From Octopus sinensis (Eukaryota): a stretch of DNA of 64,000 nt. Under the pieces are notes generated by a model that was not told where the DNA came from, ran no database searches, and saw nothing but the letters and a program-made list of their open reading frames with translations. Location of the stretch: assembly GCF_006345805.1 (NCBI RefSeq), contig NC_043007.1, forward strand, positions 76,942,001 through 77,006,000. The letters are read 5' to 3'. A program made the position numbers and the translations under genes. Shown piece after piece: positions 36,663 to 51,480 of the stretch (the stretch's first letter is position 1; every line of letters starts with the position of its first letter).

Positions 36663-36837
36663 CATGTACAGAGATATTAGCTTTTGTAGAATAGGCAGAT
36701 CCAAAATGGTTTGATATAATGCACTGGTATTTACCAGCTGTCTCATCTTGAACATTTTCTAAATGAAGCAGTGTGGTAAGATGTACAAGTTTTCCTTCCA
36801 TAGATGTAAAGTTAAACATCTTTGGGTCCGTGAGAAT
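36663..36837 (-). CDS. LRIG: LRIG exon: Ig domain 1, C-terminal half
   Basis: cctctag| and G|gtaagt; 175 nt, phase 0-1; AGKYQCIISNHFGSAYSTKANISVH. Confidence 0.95.
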
Positions 36838-37016
36838 CTAGAGGAAGAGAACAACATGTCAGCCATTAACTACAAACATTTAGGTTGATTTCTGGTTGGG
36901 ATTTTTAGGGACCAGCTTCAGTAATACACAACAAAGTCACTAAATTAATAAAAGTACAATACACTGCTAACACAGCCTACTGAAGTTCAGTAATTGGCAA
37001 GATGAATATAATATTA

Positions 37017-37700
37017 GGTGCAGGTGTGGTAGTATGGTAAAAATCTTGCTTCCCAACGACATGGTTCCAGGTTCAGTCCCACTGCATGGTACCTTGGGTG
37101 TCTTCTACTATGGCCTTGACTGACCAAAGCCTTGTGAGTAGATTTGGTAGACAGAAACTGAAAGAAGCCTGTCATATATATATTTATATATATCATCATC
37201 ATCATCGTTTAACGTCCGCTCTCCATGCTAGCATGGGTTGGACGGTCCGACCGGGGATCTGGGAAGTCAGAAGACTGCACCAGGCTCCAGTCTTATCTGG
37301 CAATGTTTCTACAGCTGGATGCCCTTCCTAACGCCAACCACTCCGTGAGTGTAGTGGGTGCTTTTTACGTGCCACCTGCACAGGTGCCAGGCAAGGCTGG
37401 CAACAGCCACGGTCGGATTGGTGCATTTTACGTGCCACCGGCACGGAAGCCAGTCGAGGCGGCGCTGGCATCGGCCACGAATACACACATAAGCATATAT
37501 ATATATATAGTGTGTGTGGGGGGTGCGTGTCTGCCTGTGTGTTTACGTCTCTGTAACTTAGTGGTTTGACAAAAGAAATGGATAGAATAAATAAAAGGGT
37601 TAAAATAAAAATAAGTATTGGGTTTAATCCATTTGATTAAAAATACTTCGAGGCAGTGCCCCAGCATGGTTGCAGTCTAATGACTGAAACGATTAAAAGG
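37017..37700 (+). mobile_element. CORE-like SINE interrupted by a (GAT)n-tailed retroposon (37193-37480, minus strand)
   Basis: 5' part 37017-37175 and 3' part 37535-37700 flank the nested element. Confidence 0.7.
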
Positions 37701-38613
37701 TATGTTTTCTTTAATAAGTGTGTGCATGCGTGTGTGGGGGGTGAATCACATTTTTATATACTTTCATATGAGGCAACAGTTGTAAAGGTTGGTGACAAGA
37801 ATACAGGCTGGCCATATTTCATTCCACACGAACGAGGCTAGTGGAGAAAAACAGACAATAAACAAAACAAGACTAATGAAAGCATTGATCAAATCAGAAA
37901 TTAAGGAAGAAGAATTTGCCTATGGTGCTGTGTAGTAGGATTGAACCCAGAATAACATACCTGCAAAGTAATTTCTTAATCAGGTAGCTATATCTACTTT
38001 ATACGTTCACAATAGGAGTGGCTGTGTGGTTAAGAAGTTTGCTTCCCAACCACTTGGTTCTGGGTTCAGTCATGCTACACTGCACCTGGGCTGATTAAAG
38101 CCATTGTAGGTGGAAAATGAGAGAAGCTTGCTGTATGTACACATACAAATGTGTGTGTGTGTGTGTTTGTGTGTGGAATAGTGAGTCCTTGTCATGACAT
38201 TAATCATCATCACCATCGTTTAGCGTCTGCTTTCCATGCTAGCATGGGTTGAACGATTTGACTGAGGACTGGCGAACCAGATGGCTGCACCAGGCTCCAA
38301 TCTTGATCTGGCAGAGTTTCTACAGCTGGATGCCCTTCCCAATGCTGTTGCAAACAAGTATCACCATCATACATGCAGCTGTGAGGAAAAGTTACCCTTT
38401 TTGAAAACTGGTGACAGGAAGAGCATCCAACTGTAGAAAATCTACCTCAAAAAATCCTGTCCAAGTGGATATTAAAATAATAATGATGATGGTACCAGTA
38501 CAGTTGTTGAAAAGGTAAGATTCCTTCAGAGAAGCACAGTATTATGCAAGAAATCTTTTGTTAAGAAACAAAATGAAAAAAATAAATAAATAAAATACTG
38601 GTTGTAATCGTAC

Positions 38614-38750
38614 CATGCTGTCTTTCTTCCACTGGAACTTGGTGTCATAAAAACCACTGCTGACAGCACTGCAATTCAACGTCAGATTTTCTCCCTTCAG
38701 TGCTTTCTGTGACATAGGTTGACTAGTTATGACAGGTTTAGGAAAATCAG
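38614..38750 (-). CDS. LRIG: LRIG exon: Ig domain 1, N-terminal half
   Basis: ttttgcag| and ATG|gtacga; 137 nt, phase 1-0; DFPKPVITSQPMSQKALKGENLTLNCSAVSS..FQWKKDSM. Confidence 0.93.
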
Positions 38751-40418
38751 CTGCAAAATATGGAAACCCAATCGTTATATGGCAGTGTTGTTAATAAAGT
38801 GTAATAAAACAAAATAAAACATAATATTTTGATAATTCTGCTATGCAATAGATTTTATTAGCAAGTGTAAAACAATATACATTGTGTGTGTTTTATTTTT
38901 ATTTATTTTGTTCTGCTACTTTTTAAAGAAACATAATAGCAACAATTAATAAGAGAATTTAATAAGATAAATATTCATAATTTTGGAAAACATTTTAGGG
39001 AAGAAATTATAATGATTGACCTGACCAAAATATATTACTGCTAAATAATTAAGTCTGCCTAGCATGGAACTATATACAAGAGCTGGTAGTTATTTTACCA
39101 ACCTTGAAGGGATGAAAAGGAATTCACTTTATACAGGATTTGAACTCTCAATGTAAAATGATATAACTAAATATCACAAGGTACTCTAGTGTTTCAGCTA
39201 GTCATATGAGACAGAGGGACAGTGAGGTTTCAGTTGCTGGTCTAAGGTAAAATAAGAAGTTAAAACCCTACAGCCAAGGCAGATAACTCACTAAAATATC
39301 TGACTGATTACCAATAATCACAAAATCCACAATATGACACAAGCGTGCAGCTGCACACACACACACAGTCTCTCTCTCTCTCTCTCTCCACTATTACATA
39401 TATTCTTACTTTCATACAATATAAATATAGAACCTACAAATTAAGAGACAAACAGACAAACCTGGAGTTACGACAGAAGGACTTTGACAAGCCTAACTGA
39501 CTGATTCATTAATTGAACAATTAATCAAATGATTGACTAGTTAATAGGTTATGTTTGCAGAATGACCCTCCCAAGATACAACAAAATACAAATAGCTAAT
39601 TTTTCTGCAACCATCTTACCTATGTGATCACGGAAACTAGTGTAGCGAGCAGCAAGAAAGTCATAAAAGGCAGTAATATGACGTAATGGTCATGTTGCCC
39701 AAACAAGCATAATAGTTGGTTTCCCATTGGTTAAAATTACTGCCCATATTTGTCAAAGAGAATTCTTTCACGAAATACAGTTTTTAGAATTCAGGTATGA
39801 GCAGTTATGAAAACCCTGATTTGGGGGGAATTAATCACGCCAGTGATTTTTGGTTATCACTAGACTTCACGACACTTATACTAGTGTTCGTTGGTCGTAA
39901 CTCTCTACGACAAATTGCCTTACTTCTAAATGTACTGTAAATATTAAATGTACATAACTAAACCAATGTAGTAAATATTTTCTTTTTCTTCACCTCTTTC
40001 CAACCTGTTAATAAAATTTATTTCTGCAATTACGAAACTGCTTGTTATAACGGTGAAAAAGAACACGAACTTATCTTCAACATACATGCACATTCAACAT
40101 GCCTGTTAAGCGTCTTTATATATATATATATATATATATTTCACAAAGGCGTTTATGTAGCTTGAGTTGGGATTTATGTATAGTGATAATACTTATAATT
40201 GTGTTATAAGTAACGGGTTTATCAATATAGATTCTTACTCAAGAAATAAAATATATTTATTATCTATCCCAGTAAAAACCATATAAATATGGTAATACAC
40301 CACATTATAAAAGTGGTACCCAATTATACTAGAAAATAATAATAACAATAATAATAATAATAAAAAATGAAAAAAAAATAGAACAGACAGCTATGTATTC
40401 ATGAAATAGTATACTCAC

Positions 40419-40582
40419 TGCAGTCAAATTCTTCTGGTTTCACAGCAAAGATACTTTTGCCTTTTGATGAATGAGGATGAGCACATATTGCAGTGACTGA
40501 GTCTTCAAATTTATTCTCATATAACCACTTTGGTAACCAGGCCAAATGACAATCACAGAGTAGATTGCTAGTGTTGAATTGT
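40419..40582 (-). CDS. LRIG: LRIG exon: LRR C-terminal cap (LRRCT)
   Basis: ttttgcag| and A|gtgagt; 164 nt, phase 2-1; NLLCDCHLAWLPKWL...AICAHPHSSKGKSIFAVKPEEFDC. Confidence 0.95.
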
Positions 40583-41282
40583 CTGCAAAAGTAAATGGAT
40601 TTTCTTTAGCAAAAGTTATAGTACTAAATATTGGAATCTTGAAGCAATTAAGGTTTGGCAATGGGAAGAGTATCCAATCAGAGAAAATCTGCCTTGATGT
40701 AAACTTTGTTGGATCCATTCAATCATGGATAAGTGAATAATAAAACAATGATGATAAAGACTCTATCAGAACATAAAACCTCTTCACATGTTGTTCATTG
40801 TTATGATACCATACTTAGCTGAGGGGACAACCTCTACATGGCTACTCAAACTATTAGAGACAGCAGCTAAATCCCTTCTAAATTACAACTGACCATTATT
40901 AGAAAGAGAAGGAGATCTATGTATCTGACGTAATGTACACCTGGACACTTTATAGTCAAAATGAAGATGGGATGATTAAAGTTTGAACGTCTTCAGTCAT
41001 AAGTCTGCTCAATAAGAACTGACATGGAGCTACACAACAACAACAATAATGGTTTGTTTTGTTTTTCATTGATTGAACCTCATGAAACAGACTGTATGTG
41101 TATCTATAATTATATAACCGATCCAATAAAATAATTAAATTTTCCTCTACCTTTATGGTTGTGTGGCTGAGAAACACATTTGCAACCACATCATTATGAT
41201 AGATATATAGATAGGCAGGTAGATAGATCGATAGGTATGTGTGTGTATAAATGCCTATGTGCGCATGTTTGTGATCCTCACC

Positions 41283-41513
41283 TATTTCTTTACTATCCAC
41301 AAGGGGCTAAACACAGAGGGAACAAACAAGGACAGACAAACGGATTAAGTCGATTATATCGACCCCAGTGCGTAACTGGTACTTTATTTATTGACCCCGA
41401 AAGGATGAAAGGCAAAGTCAACCTCGGCAGAATTTGAACTCAGAACGTAACGGCAGATGAAATACAGCTAAGCGTTTCGCCTGGCGTGTTAACATTTCTG
41501 CCAACTCTCTGCC
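41283..41513 (-). mobile_element. Nin-domain tRNA SINE, near full length
   Basis: Reverse complement of the 45592-45811 family. Confidence 0.8.
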
Positions 41514-43784
41514 ATCACATGATGACCAGTGGTTGGACGAAAGAGACAGATAGAACAAGTAGTACCAATAAGTACCAAACTTAAAAATAACTGGGTCAAT
41601 TTGTATGACTAAAATCCTTCAAGGCAATACTCCAGCATGGCTGCAGTCCAGTGACTAAAACAAGTAAAGGACAATGGGTAAACTCCTTCATATTATGAAG
41701 AAGACAAGGTCCAAAAATAAATACAAAATCTAGGGACCAGCAGACTTTATAAATGACAAGATGGTCCTGAGTAGAATACCACAACCAGACTGATATGAAG
41801 TTTGACCCAGGCCAACAAAGTCAGGTATTATGTTCAGCTATTTTCTCGGATTACAAGAGAAAAGAGTACAGCATTGAAGTATCATATATCTACATGTCAC
41901 AGATATCTGTTTACTGGATATGGCTGTTCCATAAGTTTAATTCAAATACAGCTAGCTCTAGCTTAACTAAGTCTACCCAACAACAGCAATTTTGTTGGAT
42001 TTTCTTTTTTTTTCTTTGTGTGTGTGTGTCTGTAAAGATTCAACTGACAATTTAGAAGAGTGCTAATTTTATATTGCATAAAAATAAATTCTTTAGAAAT
42101 TGGAGGGTAACATTGAATCGCGTCTTTAATATTCAATGAACGAAGGAAAGAAAAGGTCGAAGCATCAAGCAAATTTATTTCTGGTATTAAGACTTTATTC
42201 TGCACTGAAGAACTGGTGAGAAACTTTAAAATGAAGGCCTTAAATAGAGTGAGTAAGTATTGCTAGAATGCATGCAAAACACACATTTTATATATATATA
42301 TATATATACATATATATTTACACATATATACATACAAATATACATATATACACATGTGGACTCATACAGTAAGAAAGATCTAATGATTACAGCTGTATCT
42401 ATATACTTAGGGAAAGCTAGATTCAACAGCTGGTGCGATGAGAAAATACAAACAGTAGTATTTCAAACATATGGAAACAGAGAAGAGGAAAGAGAAACAA
42501 ATTAAGACAGCCAGTGTAGTATACAAATTAATTAGGAGGAAGAGGAAAGAAAGTGGGGGGAGGCAAGGAAAAGGATGGGTAGCGATGAAGAAGTAAATAA
42601 AGCCTTTTTAGCAACAGCAATTGGCGCTGTCAACACTATGTTTCTGTGTGATCTTTGGTGTTAAAGTAGAACCAAGTCTGGCTGATACTAAGAGGAATGA
42701 CATTTGAGAGAGATAGAGGGGAGGGGGAAGTCACATGACTAACAGACAAGTGTTGAAGTAACAAACCTATTCTGGACAGGGCAACTCCAGTTGTGGTCTA
42801 AAATGTCTAACAAGTTTACCCATGTTTAATTGTCGGAGCTGGAGGCATGTGGTCAAATAGTTAGTGTGTTCCACTCACTAATGTAAGCTTATGGTTTTGA
42901 TTCTCAGACCGGGTAGCATGTTGTGTTCTTGAGCAAAACACTTCATTTCATATCGCTCTCCAGCAGTAGCAGGAAAGTTAACCCTGCAATGGACTGGCAT
43001 CTCATCCAGGAACAAGTGTTGTAATCTCAGTCACTTATATGCCATGGAAATTGGGTTAAGCACCAGCCTTATGTGTTCTAGGGCTCATCATTTAACATCC
43101 CTTTTTCATGTTGGCTTGGGTTAGATGGTTTGACAAGTTGGAGAACTGTATCAGGCTCCAATTGTCTGTTGCAGCATAGTTTCTTATAGGAAGGAATGGG
43201 TGCTCTTCCTAACACCAACCACTTTACAGAGTGGTACTAGCACCAGTGCTTTATCCATGGAACAAGCACCAATGCTTTATATGTGATACCATTATGGGTG
43301 CTTTTTATGTGACACTAGCACAGGAAATGTGCTTATGAAAAAAAATTAAAAAATGGATGGTGGTAGTATGAGCTAAATCTTATCTAATGAATAAAAAAAA
43401 AAAAAACAGGTAAGAAAAGCAGGGAGTCTCTCTAGGTTGAATTGCTACTACTCAACATTAAAAGGTCACGGCACCTGTGATTAGAATGCCACATGAAAAG
43501 ATCACAAAACGGATTCTTCAGGCCAACCCAACAGACAGACTTATGAATAGACCAAGAACAAGATGGTTGGATACCATTCATAATGTCTGTAGTCATGCTT
43601 GGGAATCCAGCCAAAAAGTGTAATGACAGTTACTTCTGATAGGGTCCTATGGAGAATGTACTTGAGGACTCTACTCACATGACCTTCCTAGGAATTGTGG
43701 GTAGAAAAAGGGGATGGAATAAATCCTCAAGACAAAACAAAAAGCAGGTGTAAAAAAAAAAAAAAAAAAAAAAAAGAGACTTAC

Positions 43785-44009
43785 AATTCTTTCAAAAGAT
43801 GTAGTGGCTCGAAAGCATTTTCCAGTATAGAAGCAATATGGTTCTCCAGCAAGAAGAGATGTTCAAGGTTTTGCAATCCTATGAATGAGCGTTTTGCAAG
43901 GGACTTGATTTTATTGCCATTGAGGTCAAGTTGAGTTAGCCTATGGAGACCAGCAAAGGCCCCATCAATATCTTCAACAGCTGAGGAAATTTCATTGTGG
44001 TTTAGTTGG
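43785..44009 (-). CDS. LRIG: LRIG exon: three LRRs
   Basis: 225 nt, phase 2-2; QLNHNEISSAVEDIDGAFAGLHRLTQLDLNGNKIKSLAKRSFIGLQNLEHL... Confidence 0.95.
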
Positions 44010-45591
44010 CTATGGAAAAAACAAGGAAAAAAAACAATGATGAAGCATAAAAATTACCATACATTTGTGAAACACTAAGTGACTAATACAATTTGAAGGG
44101 TTAAATATGAGTAAATCTTGCTGCTATTTATGTAAATAGCAAAAAAAAGTAAAAGGCCATGTTAACGTGTTGTTGCTTGCATTTAACTTTGTGGGTAGAG
44201 CTTTGACATTTTTGGTAAGACTGGCAGAGGAATTAGAGACACACCTCACCCCTGCACCTTACTCAATAACAAAACAGAGTTTATTTAGCGAAGATTAGCA
44301 AATATATGCTGGTGTATAATGAGCCAAAATGTAGACAGGGGTTAAGTTGTGAACAAAATGTCAAAAAAAAAAAAGAAAAAAAAGAAAGAAAGAGAAAATG
44401 TATAAAACTGCAAGTCCAAAAAGTCAAATTAACATCAACTTAAAACATTGTGGAAAAGGTAGTGAAAAAACAACGCAAAATTGCCCCTAAAATATTTTGA
44501 ATTTACATTTAATTTATATTAAATTGTGAAATTAAAGTTACATTCAAAAGTGTTACATTCCTCTGTTTTCGCACGAGTGTGTGTATATATATATATATAT
44601 GTGTGTGTGTGTATGTATGTAATGTATGGAAAGGCCTCAATTTTCTAACTTACAAAAAAGTTTATTTTCACAAGTTTAAATTACAAGCTAGTAGGCTCCA
44701 ATAATCTTCAAAAATGTTTGTTAAGTCAAAAATTTTAGTCTTTGCCAGAGCCTTCTCTACTTTTAATGTATTGTGTTCAAAGCTCAGTTTGATAGCTAAA
44801 TTAAAATAACTACCAACATGATGACAGCTTTAAGGTCTTACACTGCTGAGACGTAAAATGTCTAAAAACACCATGCCAAAATGTCACCCAAAATTCAGCC
44901 TGTCGCAAATTCAGTGGTTTAAAAGATATATTAATCCTGTTTCTATCATATAATAGTTGGCCTACTGAAATTCCATTAAACAGCTAAATGAACATGAAAT
45001 AAAGCTGGATGAAGGCTGTCATGTTTTAAAATGTAACTAAATCACAGCCAGATATCAAGAAAAGCAAAATGAATCTTAAATATATTTGCTGTGTCAATCA
45101 AATATTTATGTTAGATATGCTGACACAGTTTTGGGTTTTAGCTACGATTAAAAAATAACGATAAATGAAAACAGGATAAAACAAAAGCAGAAGGAGAAGA
45201 AAAAAAACATCGATTTAAGGAAAGACAGATAAGAAGTTTGACAAAGAAAATAGAAGACTCATCTCTGGGTTCAAACGAAATGAGAAGAAGGTTAAGTGGT
45301 TTTCTACGAGAGAAGCTATAAAGCTTTATGTGATCTATTTAGCTCTGAAAGTCTTCGAAAGAGGAGCCTCAAGTCAGGATACATTCCTTTCAGTGGCTGC
45401 TAGAACTCGTGATAGATTATATCATATATGATGTAAAATATGTGTGTGGTTGTTTTACAACTGTGGGGTTTCAGGTTCAGTCCCACTAAGTGGCACCTTG
45501 GGCAAGTGTCTTCTGCTATATAGTCCTGAGCCAACCGATGCTTGTGTTTGATAGATGAAAGGAAACTGTGAGGAAGCCCACCTTAATATAT

Positions 45592-45809
45592 GGCAGCGAG
45601 CTGGCAGAACCGTTAGCACGTCAGGTGAAATGCGTAGCCGTATTTCGTCTGCTGTTATCTTCTGAGTTCAAATTCCGCCGAGGTCAACTTTGCCTTTCAT
45701 CCTTTCGGGGTCAATAAACTAAGTACCAGTTACACACTGGAGTCGATGTAATCAACTTAATCCATTTGTCTGTCCCCTCTGTGTTTAGCCCCTTGTGGGT
45801 AATAAAGAA

Positions 45810-45811
<2 letters not shown>
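45592..45811 (+). mobile_element. Nin-domain tRNA SINE, near full length
   Basis: ggcagcgagctggcagaaccgttagc head, B box, gcctttcatcctttcggggtc domain, taaagaaata tail. Confidence 0.85.
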
Positions 45812-45841
<30 letters not shown>

Positions 45842-46053
45842 TTGCATGTGTGTGTGTGTTCTAATGAGCAGTATAGTTTATGGTTGCGTCCTTTTAAAAC
45901 CTGTAACTTAGCATATTGACAAACAGAGATCAATAAACTGACTGGAATAATTATTGGATTGATAATGATGGATTAAAACCTTGAAGGGTGTTCCCCCACA
46001 CCCCTTGCCTACCAAATATGAATGCTGTAGTATTTGAAACTAATAAATGAACA

Positions 46054-46098
<45 letters not shown>

Positions 46099-46343
46099 CC
46101 TGTTTAGTCCCTGACTAACTGGGCAACTATACCTAACAAGCAGTCAGCCAACCAACTATGGAATAATCTCTCTCTCTCTCTCTTTCTTTCTTTCCAGTTT
46201 TAATCAATCAACTACTGTGGTGAGAGGCTGTCACACAACACTGGCATCATCACATCACACTGTAGCCAGCAGTTATTTACACAGCTACTTAAAACAAGTA
46301 GCAAGGTGTAGACCATTTACAAAGACAGTTTTAGTCAGGGTGA

Positions 46344-46344
<1 letters not shown>

Positions 46345-46409
<65 letters not shown>

Positions 46410-46413
46410 AGAG
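46345..46413. repeat. (GA)n microsatellite
   Basis: Directly visible. Confidence 0.95.
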
Positions 46414-46725
46414 AACAGCAGCCATTGTTGTCCAGGCACTAAAACACACACACATTAAATACAATCACTCCATTAAAAGTGGTCAGCACCTCTCATTGTG
46501 GACAGCTTTATTGAGAGTCACCTCCAATTCACAGTAGCTATAAAATGAAATATAAATTAACTGTTGGTCAAGCTGACCAACAGAGAAATTGCCTGCAACA
46601 TAGCAGTATGCACATTACTTTATACTTTGGACCGAATACAAATGAGTGGGGAGGAAAGGATAAGGACTGGAAGGTTTTCAGGGGCCAGGTTTTAAAAATT
46701 ACCAGTGAAGTATAATAACATTTAA

Positions 46726-46898
46726 TCCCTTGCCTGTCTGTGTGATACACAGGGCATATTTCACTGGCATCCATGCATCATATATGATACACATTCCAAA
46801 TTTTTTATCAACCACCAGAGCAACTTGACACTTATGGAAGGAGAAAAACCATGGGCACCTAGGACAAACTTATGAAAATGTTTTGGACAGGCAAAGGG
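46726..46898. mobile_element. piggyBac-like MITE (family of 8670-8893)
   Basis: TTAA|tcccttgcctgtc...gacaggcaaaggg|TTAA; shared internal taggacaaacttatgaaa. Confidence 0.7.
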
Positions 46899-48744
46899 TT
46901 AAGCAATATCATAGATGTTATTTTCCCTGAATCCTGAGTATCCAGTTCCCATAGTGATAAGTGGACATGACACAGGTGACACAGGTTCCCCCAACACATA
47001 AACACACACCATTAGGTAGGTTGACAATCTAATTACTGATAGCTTATCTTACTGAAGGAACTGAACTAGGCGTTGGCAGTCCAATAGATCATTAGTTAAT
47101 TCCATCGTACACATCACTGCACTACTCTTTACATTAATAGAGATAGAGAGACTCAGCAGTTACAAGCAAGGAGTTTTTTTCACAGACCCAAATCCTATGA
47201 TAAACACTGACCAAATTTTAGTGCCCAAATTCGCCACATTCATCTTTTAGCTCCCACAACCACCACCAACCTCGCCAGTGGAACTATAAACTGAATCCAG
47301 GAATCTTTTCAATTTTATTTGTTTCAGCCAATGGACCGTGGCTATGCTGGAGTACCACCTTGAAGGGTTTAGTTAAACAAATTGGCCTCGTACTTATTTT
47401 TAAGTTATGGGGACATAAACAATGTAACACTGGTTGTGAAGCTGTGGTGGAGGAACACACACATACTCGTTATCATCACCATTTAACCTCTGTTTTCCAT
47501 GCTGGTATGGGTTAGATGGTTTGACAGGAGTTGGAAGCCAGAAAGCTGCAGCAAGCTCCAATTGTGTTTTGGCATGGTCTCTATAGCTGAATGATCTTCC
47601 TAATGCCATGGGTTGCATTTTGTGTGGCAGCAGCACAGGTGCTTTTTATATGATATATATATATATACAACAACACCTTTACATTATATACAACACATAC
47701 AGCAGTACCTTGGGCAAATGTCATCTATAACAGTCCCAGAGCCCCAGGCCAACCAATGCTTTGTGAGAGAATTTGGTAGATGAAAACTGAAAGGATTATC
47801 TTCTTTATAGTCCCTTAAACTAAGTGGCTTGTTGCTTTGTTTGGTACTTTCTTACAAAAAAACCCCAAAAGACAAAAAGGGCATCTGACCATAGAAAAAT
47901 CTACATCAACAAATTTCCTCTGAACCATGCAAGAATGGGAAAACGGACAGGCATGGTTGTGTTAAGAAATTTGCTTCCCAACCACATGATTTCAGTTTCA
48001 ATACCATCGTGTGGTACCTGGGGGAAGTGTCTTCAACTATAGCCTTGGGTAGACTAAAGCCTTATGGTTGGATTTGGTGGAAAGAAACTGAAAGAAGCCT
48101 TTATTTATGTGTGTGTGTGTGTCCCTCACCATCGCGTGACAAGTGTTGGTTTGTTTACACCCCCATAACTTAGCAGTTCAGCAAATAAGACTAGCCGAAT
48201 AAGTACTACTACACTTAAAAAGTACCAGGGTTGACTAAAGACTCTTCAAGGCGGTGCCCCAGCATGGCAGCAATCTAATGACTGAAACAACTAAAAAATT
48301 TTAAAAAAAGATTAAATGGTGATGATGATATTACTGGTAAATATTTTATCAGTCCTAGATGGATTAAAAAAAACAAACAAAAAAAATAACCTGCTCTGGC
48401 AGGATTTGAAATTGGATTAAAATCCAGTTCTGCACACCATAAAGTGCTCTTCAGTGTGCGCGTGTGTGTGTGTTAGTATCTTAACCATAGGGACAACCAC
48501 CACCAGTCATTATTGGTTAAAGAAATATTACTGTTAGGCAACAAATACAACAATCTAATGCCATGATATCAACTGAAATATTCAAAATGTCAGGAGTGAG
48601 AGAGAGTAGGTAGAGAGGGCAATCCTGCGCTCTGAGATAGCTTCCAATAAACCAGATCAGTAGAGCTGTCCAGGATTTAATCAACTAGAAAGGAATTTAC
48701 ATTTAATGAGATTTCTGCACATTGAGTGTATGTATGTGTGTGCG

Positions 48745-48786
<42 letters not shown>

Positions 48787-50093
48787 GTATCCATTCATCC
48801 ATTTCTCTATCTTTCTCTCGAAATGTGAGTGTGTGTGTGTATATACAGATATATTCACATACATACATAAGCAAATGGAGATGGAGAGAGAAAAATAAAT
48901 AAATGGTTACCAAAATATAAAATGTAACATTAATGGCTTTTTTTCTGCATCATGATGTTAGCGATGATAATGATGATGATGATTGTAGGAAATAGATTTT
49001 CAGATTTGGATTTCAAATTGCAAAGTTATTGAACTATCAAAATAGATTTTTTTTTTTTCAGACCAAAAAAAAATTATTGTGTCATCAAGTGTGGCAGTGT
49101 ATGCATGTGTGTGTATGTGTCTATGTGTGAGTGAATGTATACATATGTATGTATATGCAAATCTGTGTGCATGTATGTAAATGTGAGTGTGCAAACTGAT
49201 GTTTAAAAGAAACAAGATTGATGTTGTCCGAGAATATTCAAGATGGAAATATAGAAATTCATTCCTTTTTTTTCTTCATTCAATGAAATCTCTCCAACGT
49301 AGCAGTGATCTCAAATATAGTATAGAGATGCAGTTAGTGGAATTGGTAAAGCATATAGAGACCAATCAGCTCAAGGAGCTGGCCGTTCAAGTTCTCTCAA
49401 CCCTGCTCAAGCCTCACTTTCTTTTAGATAAAAGTATGGTGTGATTTGAGAGAAGGCTGGCTGCTATTTCTAATGTATGAAATGTCCAAAATAGAGGCTA
49501 CCTCACTAGTTCTCTTTGCCATTGGCGCAGTATTGTTGCCTATGGAACAGATATTGAAATAACCTAGTCTTTCTAGCAATGTATAGCTACCATTGCTAAT
49601 TCATTACTAGAAGCAGTAGGAACACAGTAAAATTGATGAGTGTTTCATTAGCTCTCTGTGCTGTAGAAATTGCCAATAGGTAGTCAGTGTTTGGTGGAGC
49701 AGAGTGAGCTCAGCCAAGTAGACTTGCACTGTATCTACATACATATCCACACTAAGTGAAAACAACAAGTATTTGAGAGTGTCTCTATGTGGTTACTCAA
49801 ACAGCTAGAAATAGCAGCTGAACCACACACACACACACACACATATTGTCAAAGATGCACTATGTTAGAAAGTAAAACAGGTTCACCATGGCAGGTACAA
49901 CTTTGACCACAGACCTGTCTGTTCAATTGTGTCTGACCTAGAATTACATAACCACAATATAAAAAAATGTCTGGTGTTTCACAAAATAAGTCACTAGTGT
50001 CAAAAGATTCACTTGCATCGCTATTATTCTATTAAGTTCAAAAATCCACAGGACAATGTGTAACATGTAGATTAAAGAGACTAGGTTTGTTAT

Positions 50094-50225
50094 ATATGAG
50101 GGGGTGCTGAAAAGTTCCTGGCTTTAAGAGTATTGCGAAAGGCCTTCTAAGTTCTTTTACAGGGCTTACAAAAGCTGAAGGACCACTACAATAAGTGTGT
50201 GAATTTGAGAGGGGAAATATGGTGA
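50094..50225 (+). mobile_element. Tc1/mariner-like fragment
   Basis: TA-flanked tgagggggtgctgaaaagttcctggct resembles a mariner TIR; no partner TIR seen. Confidence 0.4.
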
Positions 50226-50375
50226 ATAAAATCATAATTAACCAATTCTCCCATAAAATCATAATTAACCAATTCTCACATCATAATAATGATGTGGAAA
50301 TACAATTGAATGAAAATAGGGGGGGGGGTAAAGTAAAGAAAAAACAATGGAAAAACAAATAAAATAGTGTCTTAC

Positions 50376-50519
50376 AAAATTTCCAGGTTTGATAAATCCT
50401 TGAAAGCTCCACGTTCTATGTGAGAAATGTGATTGTGGCCCAGGTAGAGAGACTTCAATGCAGCCAGATTGGCGAAGGAGTTCACTGTAATTGAACTAAG
50501 CTGGTTGTGGCTCAGATCC
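50376..50519 (-). CDS. LRIG: LRIG exon: two LRRs
   Basis: 144 nt, phase 2-2; DLSHNQLSSITVNSFANLAALKSLYLGHNHISHIERGAFKDLSNLEI. Confidence 0.95.
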
Positions 50520-51282
50520 CTGGAGGTAAAAAACACAAGGGGAAAATTTTAGAAATTTGAAGTAGAAAAGACGAAGAGCATAATTTTAAAACAATAGAAA
50601 ATACAAGAAAATAAAATGAAAAACAAAGCTAAACTGATGGGTTTATAGCATTTTAGAAAAACCAGGTATTGGACTGATTCAGATATTGATTTCAAATTTT
50701 GGCACAAGGCCAGCAATTTTAGGGCTGGGGAGTGGGGTTAAGTCAATTACATCGATCTCAGCAATCAACTGATACTTATTTTATTGACCCTGAAAAGATG
50801 AAAAGTCGACCGTGGCAAAATTTGAACTCAGAATGTGAAGACAGTTGAAATGCTGGAAAGCACTTCTGGCCTCTCACATCTACCCTACAATGCCATTCTA
50901 AAAATTAATTACATCATTAAAATCTCGGAGTAATGAGACTGAGTAATCTGAATACTCTATTCTACAATGCACAAAATATTTTGTTTATACAATTCCTAAT
51001 AATATTTGATTATAAAAAATATGATTTTTTTTTTTAAACATCAGATGGCTGGGAGTGCCCATCTGAATAAAATAGGAATCAAAAGGATCCATGGGTAAAA
51101 AATGGTTGAGAACCACTGGATTAAAGTGATCTAAAAATTTGTTAAATTTTCATATTAATTTACATTCCAAACATCAGCTTAATGATTCCACTATATTTTT
51201 CATTATTTTCAAAATTATCTGATACAAAGAGGGTGTATTTCAAGAGAAATATGGTAACAAAAGGGTTAAGTAATTCTTTTAA

Positions 51283-51480
51283 CCCCTTTGCATCCAGATT
51301 ACTCTGTCAAATGTAATGCTCATTTAGTCACATAATTTTGAATAAATATTTCATTATCTCATAGCTTCATTGATGTGATTATATTTTACTTTAGACTGAC
51401 ATTGTAGAGTAAGTATGATAGGTCAACATAAAACTGGTAGAATCTCTGGGCCAGATATGGCCAAGTTAAATGCTAAAGGG
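51283..51480 (-). mobile_element. piggyBac-like MITE (family of 27117-27335)
   Basis: TTAA|cccc...aaaggg|CTAA; reverse-complement similarity to the 27117 copy. Confidence 0.65.

Noticed and set aside
42213-42226. ctgaagaactggtgagaaac-type hammerhead-like motif near 42205-42225
   Set aside because: No convincing stem II or stem I; likely chance
50226-50277. 27-bp tandem duplication ataaaatcataattaaccaattctc
   Set aside because: Simple slippage duplication with no evident function
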